A stretch of 56,002 nucleotides of DNA from Desulfuromonadaceae bacterium. GTDB lineage: Bacteria > Desulfobacterota > Desulfuromonadia > Desulfuromonadales > Geopsychrobacteraceae. The stretch covers positions 1 through 56,002 of the forward strand of contig JAUVEB010000001.1 of the NCBI GenBank assembly GCA_030595055.1, given 5' to 3'. Of the stretch, positions 46,013 to 56,001 are shown piece after piece. Below the pieces are notes generated by a model, which ran no database searches, had not been told where the DNA came from, and saw only the letters and a program-made list of their open reading frames with translations. Made by a program: the position numbers and the translations under genes. Numbering within the stretch: position 1 is the stretch's first letter; the number at the start of each line of letters is the position of its first letter.

Positions 46013-46858
46013 ATGGACAGGAAATTCAAAAATCAGGTTCGTGAACAGTTTGGCAAAACTGCTATGGCCTACATTCAATCAACGCATTTCTCCGGAGGAG
46101 CTGATCTGGAGGAAGCAGTTCGGCTGTTGCAACCTACCCATGAAGACAACATGCTGGATGTTGCTTGTGGCGGCGGACATACTGCGCTCTTTTTTGCACC
46201 GCTGGTCAGACAGGTCGTGGCATCTGATCTGACCATGCAGATGCTGAAAAAGGCTCAGGAACATCTCGCTGAGGAGGGCGGCGCCGACAACGTCATTTTT
46301 CGCGAAGCCGATGCTGAGGATCTCCCCTTCCCGGCGGGATCTTTTACCCTGCTGACCTGCCGGATCGCCCCGCACCACTTTCCCGATGTCCCACGTGCAC
46401 TGCGAGAATTTCACCGGGTGCTCCGCCGTGGTGGCCGGATGGTCATCATCGACACCCTGCTCCCCTCCGATCCCGAGATTGCCGAATTTTACCAGACCAT
46501 GGAGAAAATGCGCGATCCGACCCACATTCGAGCATTTAATGAAGACCAATGGAAACAGATGATTCTCGACTCGGAGTTGATTCTGCACGAAACGAAAATC
46601 ATCCCCAAAACTCATGATTTTCAAGAATGGGCGAAGAGAGCGGGAATGAACCGCAAAGAAATTCAGGAACTGAACAGCTTCTTCATGGAAGCCTCTCCAA
46701 AAATTCACGATTTTTTCAAAATCGAATCCTTTGCCGGTGAAGTCGAGACCTATACCGACCGGAAGTTGCTGATTTACGCCAGACGAAAAGAAAAAGAAAA
46801 AAACAGGCCGGCGGCAACGCATAAAGAAACTGAACAGCCGCCCCCGTCAGAAGGCTGA
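46013..46858 (+). CDS. Class I SAM-dependent methyltransferase (UbiE/YafE-like)
   Basis: LDVACGGGH, DAEDLPF and APHHF motifs; GGAGG SD. Confidence 0.88.
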   Translation: MDRKFKNQVREQFGKTAMAYIQSTHFSGGADLEEAVRLLQPTHEDNMLDVACGGGHTALFFAPLVRQVVASDLTMQMLKKAQEHLAEEGGADNVIFREADAEDLPFPAGSFTLLTCRIAPHHFPDVPRALREFHRVLRRGGRMVIIDTLLPSDPEIAEFYQTMEKMRDPTHIRAFNEDQWKQMILDSELILHETKIIPKTHDFQEWAKRAGMNRKEIQELNSFFMEASPKIHDFFKIESFAGEVETYTDRKLLIYARRKEKEKNRPAATHKETEQPPPSEG

Positions 46859-46953
46859 CAAAGACCCATCTTCGGGAGGAGGTTTTGTCGGCAATCGGCA
46901 AGGCGGAACCTTATCTGGTTCCGCCTTTTAACTCCTCATCTACTACTGATCAA

Positions 46954-47640
46954 CTAGCTGAAATCATTGTTCGGCACGACAAACACCTCGACTCGGCGAT
47001 TCAGCGCCCGCCCATCCTCCGTATCGTTGCTTGCTCTTGGTTCCAGTTCCCCGCGCCCCTCAGTCCCCAGCCGTGAAGAAGCCACCCCGCGCATGACCAG
47101 ATAATCAGCCACGGCAATAGCACGGCGATTTGACAAGTCCTGATTATACAGTTCAGAACCAATAGTATCGGTGTGCCCGACAACGACAATCTGAGTCTGC
47201 GGGTAACGATTCAGAATACCAGCTATCTTCTCAAGCGGCGGTCGAAAGGTCGGCTTGATATTTGCCGAATTGAAATCAAAAGAAACCTCACTATTCATGG
47301 TCAGCTTGAGAATTTCATTCTGCTGCCGCTCAATCTCGATCTGATGTTGAGCACGCTCATTCGACAGTTCTTGTTCAAATTCAGTCTGTTGCTTATCCAT
47401 ATAAGCACCGGCGCCGGCGCCAATGGCACCGCCGGCAGCCCCCCCTATCAATGCACCGCGTAATGCGCCGCCGGAATGATCGTTCTGATAACCGATAATG
47501 GCTCCCGACACCGCACCGACCAAGGCACCGATCCCTGCCCCCTTCTTGGTACTTTCATGGGTCGTGTTGGTCGCACAGCCGCCTAATGCAAGAAGACAGG
47601 CAAAAACAATCAAAAACTTCACAGGGTTCTTTTTAAACAT
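46954..47640 (-). CDS. OmpA-family lipoprotein with glycine zipper (YiaD-like)
   Basis: Lipobox LGGC, Gly zipper, GHTD, LSNRRA and NRRVE motifs. Confidence 0.92.
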   Translation of the reverse strand: MFKKNPVKFLIVFACLLALGGCATNTTHESTKKGAGIGALVGAVSGAIIGYQNDHSGGALRGALIGGAAGGAIGAGAGAYMDKQQTEFEQELSNERAQHQIEIERQQNEILKLTMNSEVSFDFNSANIKPTFRPPLEKIAGILNRYPQTQIVVVGHTDTIGSELYNQDLSNRRAIAVADYLVMRGVASSRLGTEGRGELEPRASNDTEDGRALNRRVEVFVVPNNDFS

Positions 47641-47667
47641 ATACTCGGCTCCTTAGTTTGTTCAGCG

Positions 47668-47836
47668 GTAACTGTTCAGTAAGAGGTGCTGGTGATGCCA
47701 GGGGAAAGGGTGTCTGTCACCCGGATGGCAACAAACAAGCCCCCCCCGGGGGGGGGGGATGGCCATATATTCATTCAATCGGCGGCCCTTGGAATGGGCA
47801 GCATCAACTCATCAGCACCCGTTTTAGAATAGTTAC
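47668..47836 (+). mobile_element. IS66-type MITE, copy B
   Basis: GTAACTGTTC...GAATAGTTAC; flanks GTTCAGCG / GTTCAACA (6/8); interior homologous to 55567-55724. Confidence 0.8.
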
Positions 47837-47897
47837 GTTCAACATTGACCTGCATCCACGAGAATTATAACCCGCCCGAAGCCAAAGCAAAAGGACC

Positions 47898-47931
47898 AAA
47901 AAAAAGGGAGGCTCGCAAGGAGCCTCCCTTT
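47898..47931 (-). terminator. gltA intrinsic terminator
   Basis: AAGGGAGGCTC stem with a T-run on the minus strand right after the gltA stop. Confidence 0.85.
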
Positions 47932-47953
47932 AATACAAATCGAGCTAATTTGC

Positions 47954-49264
47954 TCAGATACCGGCAGCTTCTTCAAGCATTGCAGTGGTAACGGACTTCG
48001 GACGCTCGATAGCATAACCGAGAGCACGGTCCCAAGTGATGTTGGCAAGGCAACCCAAAGCGCGGCCGACACCGAACAGTACAGTGTAGAACTCGTACTG
48101 GGTAACACCGTAGTACCACTGGATAACGCCGGACTGTGCATCAACATTCGGCCAGGGGTTCTTGGCTTTGCCATGCTCGGTGAGAACACCAGGAGCAACT
48201 TCAAAAATCATCTTGATCAGCTTGAACAACGGGTAATCTTTGAGACCTTCGGTCTTGAGGCAGAATTCACGCTGTGAGGCATAGCGCGGATCGGTCTTAC
48301 GCAGAACGGCATGACCGTAGCCCGGGATGACCTGACCGGCGTTGAGGGTAGCCCAGAGAGCTTCTTTGAGACCTTCTTCGGTCGGCACTTGGCCACCGAG
48401 CTTGGCCATGAAGTCCTGGGTCCAACGCAGCACTTCTTCGTTGGCCAGACCGTGCAGAGGTCCTGCCAAGCCGTTGAGGCCGGCGCTGTAGGAGTAGTAT
48501 GCGTCAGACAGAGCTGAAGCAACCAGGTGAGTGGTATGAGCAGAAACGTTGCCGGACTCATGGTCAGAGTGCAGGATGAAATACATCCGTGCAACATCAT
48601 CATAAGGAGCGTCGATGCCCATCATGCGAGCGAAGTTACCGCCCATATCCAGCTCAGGATCGGCTTCGATGTGGGTGTCGCCCATATACTTCATACGATA
48701 GATGTAAGCACCGAGAGGACCGAGTTTGGCCATCATGATGTTACTATCTTCGTACATATCTTCCCAGCAGGTCATCTTATTGAACTTGCCGGCTGCATAA
48801 TTGCTGGCAAATATAGAGTCACGCTGCATAGCGAGAACGCCGGCGGAGAACATGGTCATCGGATGGGTATCGCGGGGCATGGCACGCAGCACGTCGATGA
48901 CGTACGCGGGAAGTTGGGAGTTCTGACGCCATTCTTCAACAACTTCCAGGGTCTGCTCCATGGTCGGTACATCACCGGTCAGCAGCAGATACCAGAAACC
49001 TTCCACGTAGGGATAATCGCTGCCCGGGTATTTCGGCAGGGCGTCGAAAGTCTCAGGAATGGTCATGCCGCGGAAACGGATGCCTTCCATCGGATCAAGA
49101 TAGGAAATATCAGTGACCAAACTTTTGATGCCGCGAGCGCCACCGATAGTTTGTCCGATTGTAACATCACCCAACTTGACATCACCGCACTCTTTAACCA
49201 GTTTGGTGACCCGGGGACGATGCTCTGCAATTTTTTGCGCCAATACATCTTTCAGTGTCGACAT
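47954..49264 (-). CDS. gltA: Citrate synthase (eukaryote-like type)
   Basis: LHSDHESGNVSAH, GPLHGLAN, PGYGHAVLRKTDPR, WPNVDA and IERPKS motifs; AGGAG SD. Confidence 0.95.
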   Translation of the reverse strand: MSTLKDVLAQKIAEHRPRVTKLVKECGDVKLGDVTIGQTIGGARGIKSLVTDISYLDPMEGIRFRGMTIPETFDALPKYPGSDYPYVEGFWYLLLTGDVPTMEQTLEVVEEWRQNSQLPAYVIDVLRAMPRDTHPMTMFSAGVLAMQRDSIFASNYAAGKFNKMTCWEDMYEDSNIMMAKLGPLGAYIYRMKYMGDTHIEADPELDMGGNFARMMGIDAPYDDVARMYFILHSDHESGNVSAHTTHLVASALSDAYYSYSAGLNGLAGPLHGLANEEVLRWTQDFMAKLGGQVPTEEGLKEALWATLNAGQVIPGYGHAVLRKTDPRYASQREFCLKTEGLKDYPLFKLIKMIFEVAPGVLTEHGKAKNPWPNVDAQSGVIQWYYGVTQYEFYTVLFGVGRALGCLANITWDRALGYAIERPKSVTTAMLEEAAGI

Positions 49265-49481
49265 ACTCTCTCTCCTTTTGTGGTGGTAAAAAAGTTTTCG
49301 GATGCCCAACGGGCTGAAAAGGAAAAGCTCCGCAATGCGGAAAAAACATTTCAACTGCCGCGAAATCGCCCGCCCGAACGGTTTCGTTATGCAGCCAATA
49401 AAAACGGAAGAAGGAGCACAGACCAAAAGAGAGCCGCACAGGCATCAACAATCAAATCTTCTCTCCCAATTTCCAAATATT

Positions 49482-49510
49482 GTTCTAGCAACTCATTTCT
49501 ACCTTGTCAA
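49482..49510 (-). promoter_or_regulatory. Sigma70 promoter candidate for gltA
   Basis: TTGACA-N17-TAGAAC with a TG extension on the minus strand. Confidence 0.55.
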
Positions 49511-49515
49511 GTGTA

Positions 49516-49536
49516 TTTTGTATACAGTATGCAAAA
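49516..49536. promoter_or_regulatory. Palindromic operator (GntR/HgtR-like candidate)
   Basis: TTTTGTATACAGTATGCAAAA, a near-perfect dyad next to the gltA -35. Confidence 0.6.
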
Positions 49537-49593
49537 GTCGAACTGATAAAAAAAACATCCATCACGGGACCGATAAAGTCGGCTATTTTTTTC

Positions 49594-49637
49594 TTGCTTT
49601 CACTCCCTATATCCATAAAATGCCTAAATATTATGCA
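49594..49637 (+). promoter_or_regulatory. dusB-ntrBC promoter with overlapping NtrC-type site
   Basis: TTGCTT-N16-TAAAAT, then TGCCTAAATATTATGCA (TGC-N11-GCA) covering the ATG. Confidence 0.5.
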
Positions 49638-50613
49638 AACATCCTCCCTTCGTATCGGCTCCCTGCAACTGGACAACCCAATAATTCTTGCACCGATGGC
49701 CGGGATAAGCAGTCTTCCCTATCGGCGTATCATGAAATCATTCGGCGCGTCTCTGGTCTTCACGGAAATGGTCAGCGCCAATGGGCTGATCCGTGATGGA
49801 CGTAAAACCCGCGAACTGCTGGTCAGTTGCCGGGAAGAGGCTCCTCTCGGAATTCAACTGTTCGGCGATGACCCATCGGTTCTCGCAGAAGCAACACGGA
49901 TGATTGCCGACGAGTGCCGGCTGCTCGACATTAACATGGGCTGCCCGGTCAAAAAGGTCATCCGCAGTGGTGCCGGAAGCGCGTTACTGAAAGACCCGGG
50001 ACGGATTGAAAAAATCGTCACCGCTGTCCGCTCCGCTTACCCGGGGCCGCTGAGTGTCAAAATCCGCTCCGGTTGGGATGCCGATTCGCGTAATTTCCTG
50101 CAGATCGGCCAAATTGTAGAAGCAGCAGGGGCAGATGCCGTCACCCTGCATCCACGCACCCGCAGTCAAGCATTCAGCGGCAAAGCCGACTGGTCGGAGA
50201 TCGGTGAGCTGAAATCAAATCTGCGGATCCCGGTGTTCGGCAGCGGAGACATTTTTACCGCAGAAGATGGCATTCACATGCTCCAACAGACCGGCTGCGA
50301 TGCGCTCATGATCGGACGCGGCGGCTACGGCAACCCCTGGCTGATTCGCGACATCCTCACGCTGTTGAACGATGATACCCCAACCCCGGTCAGCAGCGCA
50401 GAAAAACACCGGGTTGCCCTGAAACATCTACAACTGCATCGGCAACAATTCGGTGATCGGAAAACTCTCTTTGAAATGCGCAAGCATCTCTGCTGGTACG
50501 CACGGGGGCTGACGGGAGCCGGCCGCTTCCGGGCCACCTTGCAGTCGGTCGGCAACATCGACCGGTTAATCGAACAGGTTGACCTGTTCTTTCACGAGGC
50601 AGAAAATAGATGA
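49633..50613 (+). CDS. dusB: tRNA-dihydrouridine synthase B
   Basis: LAPMAG, TEMVS, DINMGCP, GAGSALL, HPRT and MIGRG motifs. Confidence 0.93.
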   Translation: MQTSSLRIGSLQLDNPIILAPMAGISSLPYRRIMKSFGASLVFTEMVSANGLIRDGRKTRELLVSCREEAPLGIQLFGDDPSVLAEATRMIADECRLLDINMGCPVKKVIRSGAGSALLKDPGRIEKIVTAVRSAYPGPLSVKIRSGWDADSRNFLQIGQIVEAAGADAVTLHPRTRSQAFSGKADWSEIGELKSNLRIPVFGSGDIFTAEDGIHMLQQTGCDALMIGRGGYGNPWLIRDILTLLNDDTPTPVSSAEKHRVALKHLQLHRQQFGDRKTLFEMRKHLCWYARGLTGAGRFRATLQSVGNIDRLIEQVDLFFHEAENR

Positions 50614-51743
50614 CCCTCAGGATTCAGCCATCTCCCCGGAAATACGCCATGATCCTGGAAAATATCGAGGATGCCGTCATTGCCCTCGACCAACAGGGCA
50701 TGGTGACCCTGTTTAACCCGGCGGCTCAACACTACACCGGCATCTCAGAGAAACAAAGCCTCGGGAAATGCTTTTTTGAACAGTTCAAAAAGCAGAAAAG
50801 GCTCTGTTTCCTGGTTCGAACAACCCTCGAAGAAGCACGCTCCATCTCCGACCACGAAGCGATTACCCTGAACATACCCGGCACTAAACCGCGGCCGGTC
50901 AGTGTCACGGTCTCGCCGATTTTCACACCTGAAGGTGCCCGGCAGGGAGCCGTCATGATCCTGCGCGACCTGACCCAGACCCTCTCTCTTGAGGAAATGG
51001 GCCGCCATGCTGACCGTCTGTCGGCAATCGGCACCCTGGCTGCGGGGCTCGCCCATGAAATAAAGAATCCGCTCAGCGGGATTAAAGGCGCAGCCCAGCT
51101 GCTGCAGATGGAACTGGAAGGAAATCGTGAGCTACAAGAGTATACCGGGCTGGTGATCAGGGAAACCGAGCGGGTCAATCGGATCATCGAGGAGCTACTC
51201 AATCTGTCACGACCACGAAAAGCCCGTCCCGGAAAAGCAAATATCAGCCAGATTCTCGATGAAATCGTCATGCTGCAGAAACCGGTGTTTGCGGATCGTT
51301 TCATCCGTTTCGCATTAAGGCTGGATCCAAGCATTCCGGATATCTACAACGATCGGGACCTCCTGGTGCAATTATTTTTGAACCTGATTAAAAATGCCGG
51401 GGAAGCCTCACCGGAGAACGGTGAAATCACCATAGAAAGCCGCATCGATGCCGAGTACCACATGAGCATTCCCGGGGCCCAGTCAACCCAGATGGTTCTG
51501 GTCACGATCAATGATGAAGGCCCCGGCATCCCGCAAAAACATCTGGAACATATTTTCATGCCTTTTTACACCACCAAGACGGGTGGCAGTGGGCTGGGAT
51601 TGGCAGTCTGCCAGAGGATAATAGCTGACTTCGGCGGTTTTCTGAATATCAGCAATCGCCCACAAGGGGGGACGTCTGTTAAGGTCTCCCTGCCATTGCA
51701 CCTCGATGGTCATCAGAAAACAGCAATCAAGGGGAAAAAATAA
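50610..51743 (+). CDS. ntrB: PAS histidine kinase, NtrB-like
   Basis: PAS domain; LAHEIKNPL, NLIKNA and TTKTGGSGLGL motifs; dusB-ntrB-ntrC synteny. Confidence 0.85.
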   Translation: MTLRIQPSPRKYAMILENIEDAVIALDQQGMVTLFNPAAQHYTGISEKQSLGKCFFEQFKKQKRLCFLVRTTLEEARSISDHEAITLNIPGTKPRPVSVTVSPIFTPEGARQGAVMILRDLTQTLSLEEMGRHADRLSAIGTLAAGLAHEIKNPLSGIKGAAQLLQMELEGNRELQEYTGLVIRETERVNRIIEELLNLSRPRKARPGKANISQILDEIVMLQKPVFADRFIRFALRLDPSIPDIYNDRDLLVQLFLNLIKNAGEASPENGEITIESRIDAEYHMSIPGAQSTQMVLVTINDEGPGIPQKHLEHIFMPFYTTKTGGSGLGLAVCQRIIADFGGFLNISNRPQGGTSVKVSLPLHLDGHQKTAIKGKK

Positions 51744-51745
51744 AG

Positions 51746-53179
51746 ATGTCAATAGAACGCATTCTTGTTGCCGATGATGAAGAAAGTATCCGTTGGGTTC
51801 TTTCCAGGGCACTAAAAAAACAGGGTTTCACGGTCGATCTCGCCGAGGATGGCAGGCAGGCGCTCAACCTGTTCCGGAAGAATCACTATGATCTGGCCGT
51901 CCTTGACATCAAAATGCCCGGCCTGCAAGGGATCGAACTGTTAAAACAGGTCCGGGAAGAATACCCAGCCACGCTGGTCGTCATCATGACTGCCGAGTCG
52001 ACCATGGAAAATGCCGTTGCGGCGATGAAAAACGGCGCCTACGATTACCTGACCAAACCTTTCGATCTGGACGCCCTCGATGCCATCATCCTCAAGGCCC
52101 AAAAGGCCGCCGAGGTCAGCAATCAGATCCGCCAGCTTAAAGCAGAGTTGCAGGGGCAATACAGCTTCGGCCGTTCGATTATCGGCAACAGTCAACCGAT
52201 GCAGGAAGTCTATAAAACTCTCGGCCGGGTGGCCCCTTCCGATGTGACCGTAATGATCACGGGCGAAAGCGGGACCGGTAAGGAACTGATTGCCCGGGCA
52301 ATCCACTTCAATAGCGGTCGTTTCGCCGAGCCCTTCATTGCCATCAATTGTGCCGCCATTCCCCATGATCTGCTGGAGAGTGAGCTCTTCGGCCACGAAC
52401 GGGGGGCCTTTACCGGAGCCACCGAACGCAAAGCCGGCAAGTTCGAACAAGCGAACGGCGGCACCCTGTTTCTCGATGAGATCGGCGACATGCCCTTGGA
52501 ATTGCAAGCCAAGCTCCTCAGGGTTCTGCAGGAAAAAGAGATTACCCGCACCGGCGGCAGCCAAATTCTGCACGTCGATGTGCGGATCGTCGCAGCAACC
52601 AATCAAGATATCGCCAAGCTGATTGAAACAAAACAGTTCCGCGAGGATCTCTATTATCGGTTGAATGTTGTGCCGATCAACCTGCCGTCGCTACAACAAC
52701 GTAAAGACGATATCCCGGCGCTGGTCGAGTTTTTTCTCCAGCGTGCCCGGAAAGACCTGGGGGTCAGTGTCACAGAATGCAGTCCGGACACCATCGAATT
52801 TTTGCAGAGGCATCGCTGGCCGGGGAATGTCCGCGAGCTGGAGAATGTCATCAAGCGTGCGGCTCTGCTCTCCCCCAACCACATCCTGATGCCGGAAGAT
52901 TTTCCCGGTCTACTTGACGGTCATCGCAACAAAAACCAGGATGAATCTCTCGAAGCCGTGGTGGCACGAAAGCTGGAAAACTCCCTTGCCAAGATGGATC
53001 TTCATGAATTGGATAACCTTTACGAGATGGTTTTGCATCAGGTAGAAAGGCCGCTGATCAACATTATTCTCAACCAGACCCGCGGTAATCAGGTGCGGAC
53101 TGCCGAAATCCTGGGAATTAACCGTAATACCCTGAGGAAAAAGATTAATACCCTGGCCATTGAAATCAAGCGGGGGTGA
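51746..53179 (+). CDS. ntrC: Sigma54-dependent response regulator, NtrC-like
   Basis: Receiver DDEESIRWVL, GESGTGKE, GAFTGA and HTH LGINRNTLRKK. Confidence 0.9.
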   Translation: MSIERILVADDEESIRWVLSRALKKQGFTVDLAEDGRQALNLFRKNHYDLAVLDIKMPGLQGIELLKQVREEYPATLVVIMTAESTMENAVAAMKNGAYDYLTKPFDLDALDAIILKAQKAAEVSNQIRQLKAELQGQYSFGRSIIGNSQPMQEVYKTLGRVAPSDVTVMITGESGTGKELIARAIHFNSGRFAEPFIAINCAAIPHDLLESELFGHERGAFTGATERKAGKFEQANGGTLFLDEIGDMPLELQAKLLRVLQEKEITRTGGSQILHVDVRIVAATNQDIAKLIETKQFREDLYYRLNVVPINLPSLQQRKDDIPALVEFFLQRARKDLGVSVTECSPDTIEFLQRHRWPGNVRELENVIKRAALLSPNHILMPEDFPGLLDGHRNKNQDESLEAVVARKLENSLAKMDLHELDNLYEMVLHQVERPLINIILNQTRGNQVRTAEILGINRNTLRKKINTLAIEIKRG

Positions 53180-53228
53180 GGAACCCGTCAGTACAGGACA
53201 ATTATGCTTGCATGCAGATCCTTTAAAT

Positions 53229-54098
53229 TCACTCTGTTTTTGATAAATATTTCACAAGAACCTTTTTATCGATGGGATTTAGAAATTCCGGATCTCCCAT
53301 ATTTGTGATCATCCGCTCGACTGTGACACTCCATTCTGTTTCTGTTTTAGATGCACGGGTCACCCGCTCCAAGTCATGGCACAGCGTGCATTTCTGCTTG
53401 AGCAAGGTTTTACCGATCTCTTCCGCCACTTGATCAGCCTGATCATTTTTTCGACGCTCTTGCTGATTGACCAGAAAATTAATAATCTGCTTGATTTCAA
53501 AGGGGCGAATGTTGGGCGCGTCGATTTGCGCCATGCGATTGACTGTTTGCGACCATCCTTTTTCGCTTTTGAATGATCGAAACACCCGCTCGTAAGCGTG
53601 GCATTTGCCGCATCGCTTGAAAACAAAATGGCGGCCGATGTCATCATCTAAAATGTTTTCATCCACTGGCGTTATGGAGGTGTAACGAACATCTGATCGG
53701 TGAAGATAATAATAACCGGCCGTCAACATTACCAGCACTGCTGAAAGCGTAAAAATACCGGCACCCAGAATTAACAGGTGACTGGTAAGCGCCCCATATT
53801 TGCGTGCAATAGCAATTTTCAAAGTCAATAGCGGCACGATAGAAATAGCAAGGGCAATGTGAATAACGGTTCTTGTACTAACCTCATCTTGGTAGGCGCC
53901 GACTTTTTTAACCATGCTTACCAGCATAAAGATAAATATTGCCACAAACAAATATCCCAACAAGCGGTGGGTCAAAACAAAGGCCCGGACATTAATCCGA
54001 TCTTTTGGCTTGCCCTTGAGCTCGAGCATGATAGCCACCGCAATTGCACCGGAGATGAGGGATACAAGCGCTAAAAGTGAATTCACATCAGGCTGCAT
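53229..54098 (-). CDS. Membrane protein with four TM helices and two c-type heme domains
   Basis: TM His residues (THRLLG, HIALA); CGKCH and CTLCH, each followed by W..TV.RM. Confidence 0.85.
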   Translation of the reverse strand: MQPDVNSLLALVSLISGAIAVAIMLELKGKPKDRINVRAFVLTHRLLGYLFVAIFIFMLVSMVKKVGAYQDEVSTRTVIHIALAISIVPLLTLKIAIARKYGALTSHLLILGAGIFTLSAVLVMLTAGYYYLHRSDVRYTSITPVDENILDDDIGRHFVFKRCGKCHAYERVFRSFKSEKGWSQTVNRMAQIDAPNIRPFEIKQIINFLVNQQERRKNDQADQVAEEIGKTLLKQKCTLCHDLERVTRASKTETEWSVTVERMITNMGDPEFLNPIDKKVLVKYLSKTE

Positions 54099-54110
54099 TG
54101 ATCTTCTCCC

Positions 54111-55445
54111 TTAAGCCATTTCTATGCCGGTAATTCGAGATAGTTCCGGATCAAGAGCGACTAAATCGCTGCGATCCAGATCATGCAAACGCGATTTGCC
54201 GCAAATACGACAAATCGCTTTGATTTCTTCGGTGGTGGCACGAATAAATCGGGCAATTTTCTCCGCACCTTGCGCAACATCAAGACGGCTACGCAATTGA
54301 GGATCCTGGGTGGCAATTCCGTACGGGCAGACGCCTTCATGACACTTGCGGATATATCGACAACCCAAAGCAATTTTTAAAGCCCCCCCTAGATAGACGG
54401 CATCTGCTCCAAGGGCCAATACCTTGGCCACATCACCGGCGTGGCGCAAGCCGCCGGTGGCAATCAAAGTGACCCGATCGATTAAATTCTGTTCTTTCAG
54501 AAAGTCGGCCACCCTCGGCAGGGAATATACCAGCGGCAGACCGACGTGATCCTTGGTAAAAATCGGTGCAGCGCCGGTACCTCCTTCACCGCCGTCAATT
54601 ACCAGTACATCTGGAGTGTATGTCTGGGAAAAGATGGCTTTGAGATCGGCATCCAGATGACCACCTACAATTTTAAGGGATATGGGTTTTCCCTCTGTCA
54701 ATTCCCGCAGGTGGTTAATGAGTTCGGACAATGCATGGGGAGAGTTGATATCCACGTGGCGTGCCGGCGATGCAGCGGTCTGTCCGACTGGAATTTGGCG
54801 AATACGGGCGATTTCAGCTGTCACTTTGACTCCCGGCAGCTTGCCGCCCATTCCGGGCTTTGCCCCTTGAGAAATTTTTATCTCAACCATATCCGCCTGC
54901 TTCAGGCGTTCATCCGATATGCCGAACCGTCCTGTAGAGTATTGCAAAGTAATCTTTTCAGCCAACTCTCTTTCTTCGTTCAGCATGCCGCCTTCACCGG
55001 TGTTGGCAACTGAGCCGACCATGGCAGACGCTTTAGCCAGAGCCATTTTTGCTTCACGGCTGAGAGCACCGAAGGACATACCCGCATTTAAAATCGGTGT
55101 CTCGATGATTATGGGCCGGCGTGCGGTTTTTCCCAGAACCACCTGGGTAGCAACCGGTTCTTCATCCAAGAGTGGTTGGCGGGCCACCTGGGCCGGCAGA
55201 AAGAGCAAATTGTCCATGTTGAGAAAACGACGCGTGGTGCCTTTTCCCTCCAAGGCAGATTGACCGGATTCGGCCATTGCGCTGAGCATCATACGGCTTT
55301 TCAAATCCCAGTGCCCGGGTAGCTCAGCCGGTGTGTTCCGTAGGAAATGTTCAGCCGGTGTGCCACAGACCGGACAAAAATGAAAATCGCGGATTCCCTC
55401 GTGAAGATGCCCGCAAATCGGACAGCAATAGACTTGTATCGGCAC
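54111..55445 (-). CDS. Rubredoxin-like domain fused to an FMN-binding glutamate-synthase-family domain
   Basis: CPICG/CPVCG; GMSFGALS, NTGEGG, EIKISQGAKPG, DGGEGGTGA and Cx5Cx4C motifs; GGAG SD with GTG start. Confidence 0.9.
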   Translation of the reverse strand: MPIQVYCCPICGHLHEGIRDFHFCPVCGTPAEHFLRNTPAELPGHWDLKSRMMLSAMAESGQSALEGKGTTRRFLNMDNLLFLPAQVARQPLLDEEPVATQVVLGKTARRPIIIETPILNAGMSFGALSREAKMALAKASAMVGSVANTGEGGMLNEERELAEKITLQYSTGRFGISDERLKQADMVEIKISQGAKPGMGGKLPGVKVTAEIARIRQIPVGQTAASPARHVDINSPHALSELINHLRELTEGKPISLKIVGGHLDADLKAIFSQTYTPDVLVIDGGEGGTGAAPIFTKDHVGLPLVYSLPRVADFLKEQNLIDRVTLIATGGLRHAGDVAKVLALGADAVYLGGALKIALGCRYIRKCHEGVCPYGIATQDPQLRSRLDVAQGAEKIARFIRATTEEIKAICRICGKSRLHDLDRSDLVALDPELSRITGIEMA

Positions 55446-55566
55446 AAGAACTCCTTTTTCAGGACGCGTTACTTTTGTTTTCAGGGCATCAGAGGGATTT
55501 CAAATTGTCTGTCAATGATTTAATTATTCTCACCGACAAGGAATAAGGCTGAAGGGTATCTTGAAC

Positions 55567-55724
55567 GTAACTGTTCAGCAAGATGTGCTGGTGATGCCCA
55601 TGGAAAGGGTGTCTGTCGCCCGGATGGCGACAGTCAAGCCCCAGGGATGGCCATGTATTCATTCAATCGGCGGCCCTTGGAATGGGCGACACCAGACCAG
55701 CAGCACCCGTCCTGAAGTAGTTAT
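55567..55724 (+). mobile_element. IS66-type MITE, copy C
   Basis: GTAACTGTTCAG...CTGAAGTAGTTAT; perfect 8-bp direct repeat TCTTGAAC at 55559-55566 and 55725-55732. Confidence 0.85.
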
Positions 55725-55836
55725 TCTTGAACAATGAACAATTTAGTTCCCGAATCGAAAATCTACCAGTTCCCAACCGGAGTTTACGTTTAGGAACATA
55801 ATTGCAATTATTCATTGGTAGCCTGATAGATATGTT

Positions 55837-56001
55837 TTACTTGTACTCGTGCACAAGGATGAAATCGTTTTTGGCTCTGGTCCCATGGCAACCGACACAT
55901 CCTGCCGGCTTTCCATAAATATCCGCTTTACCATCGGGCGAAAATTTGGCCCAGAACCAGTTTCCGGCATCTGGATTATAGCCGGTGACTTTGTACATCA
56001 C
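55837..56001 (-). CDS. 3' end of a cytochrome P460 / c'-beta family protein (partial)
   Basis: Manual translation VMYKVTGYNPDAGNWFWAKFSPDGKADIYGKPAGCVGCHGTRAKNDFILVHEYK*, with a C-terminal CxxCH and the VMxK...GxWxW pattern. Confidence 0.8.
   Translation of the reverse strand: MMYKVTGYNPDAGNWFWAKFSPDGKADIYGKPAGCVGCHGTRAKNDFILVHEYK

Noticed and set aside
47954-49264. Eukaryote-like citrate synthase as a novel horizontal transfer
   Set aside because: This is an established trait of Geobacteraceae/Desulfuromonadales; used only as a taxonomic clue.
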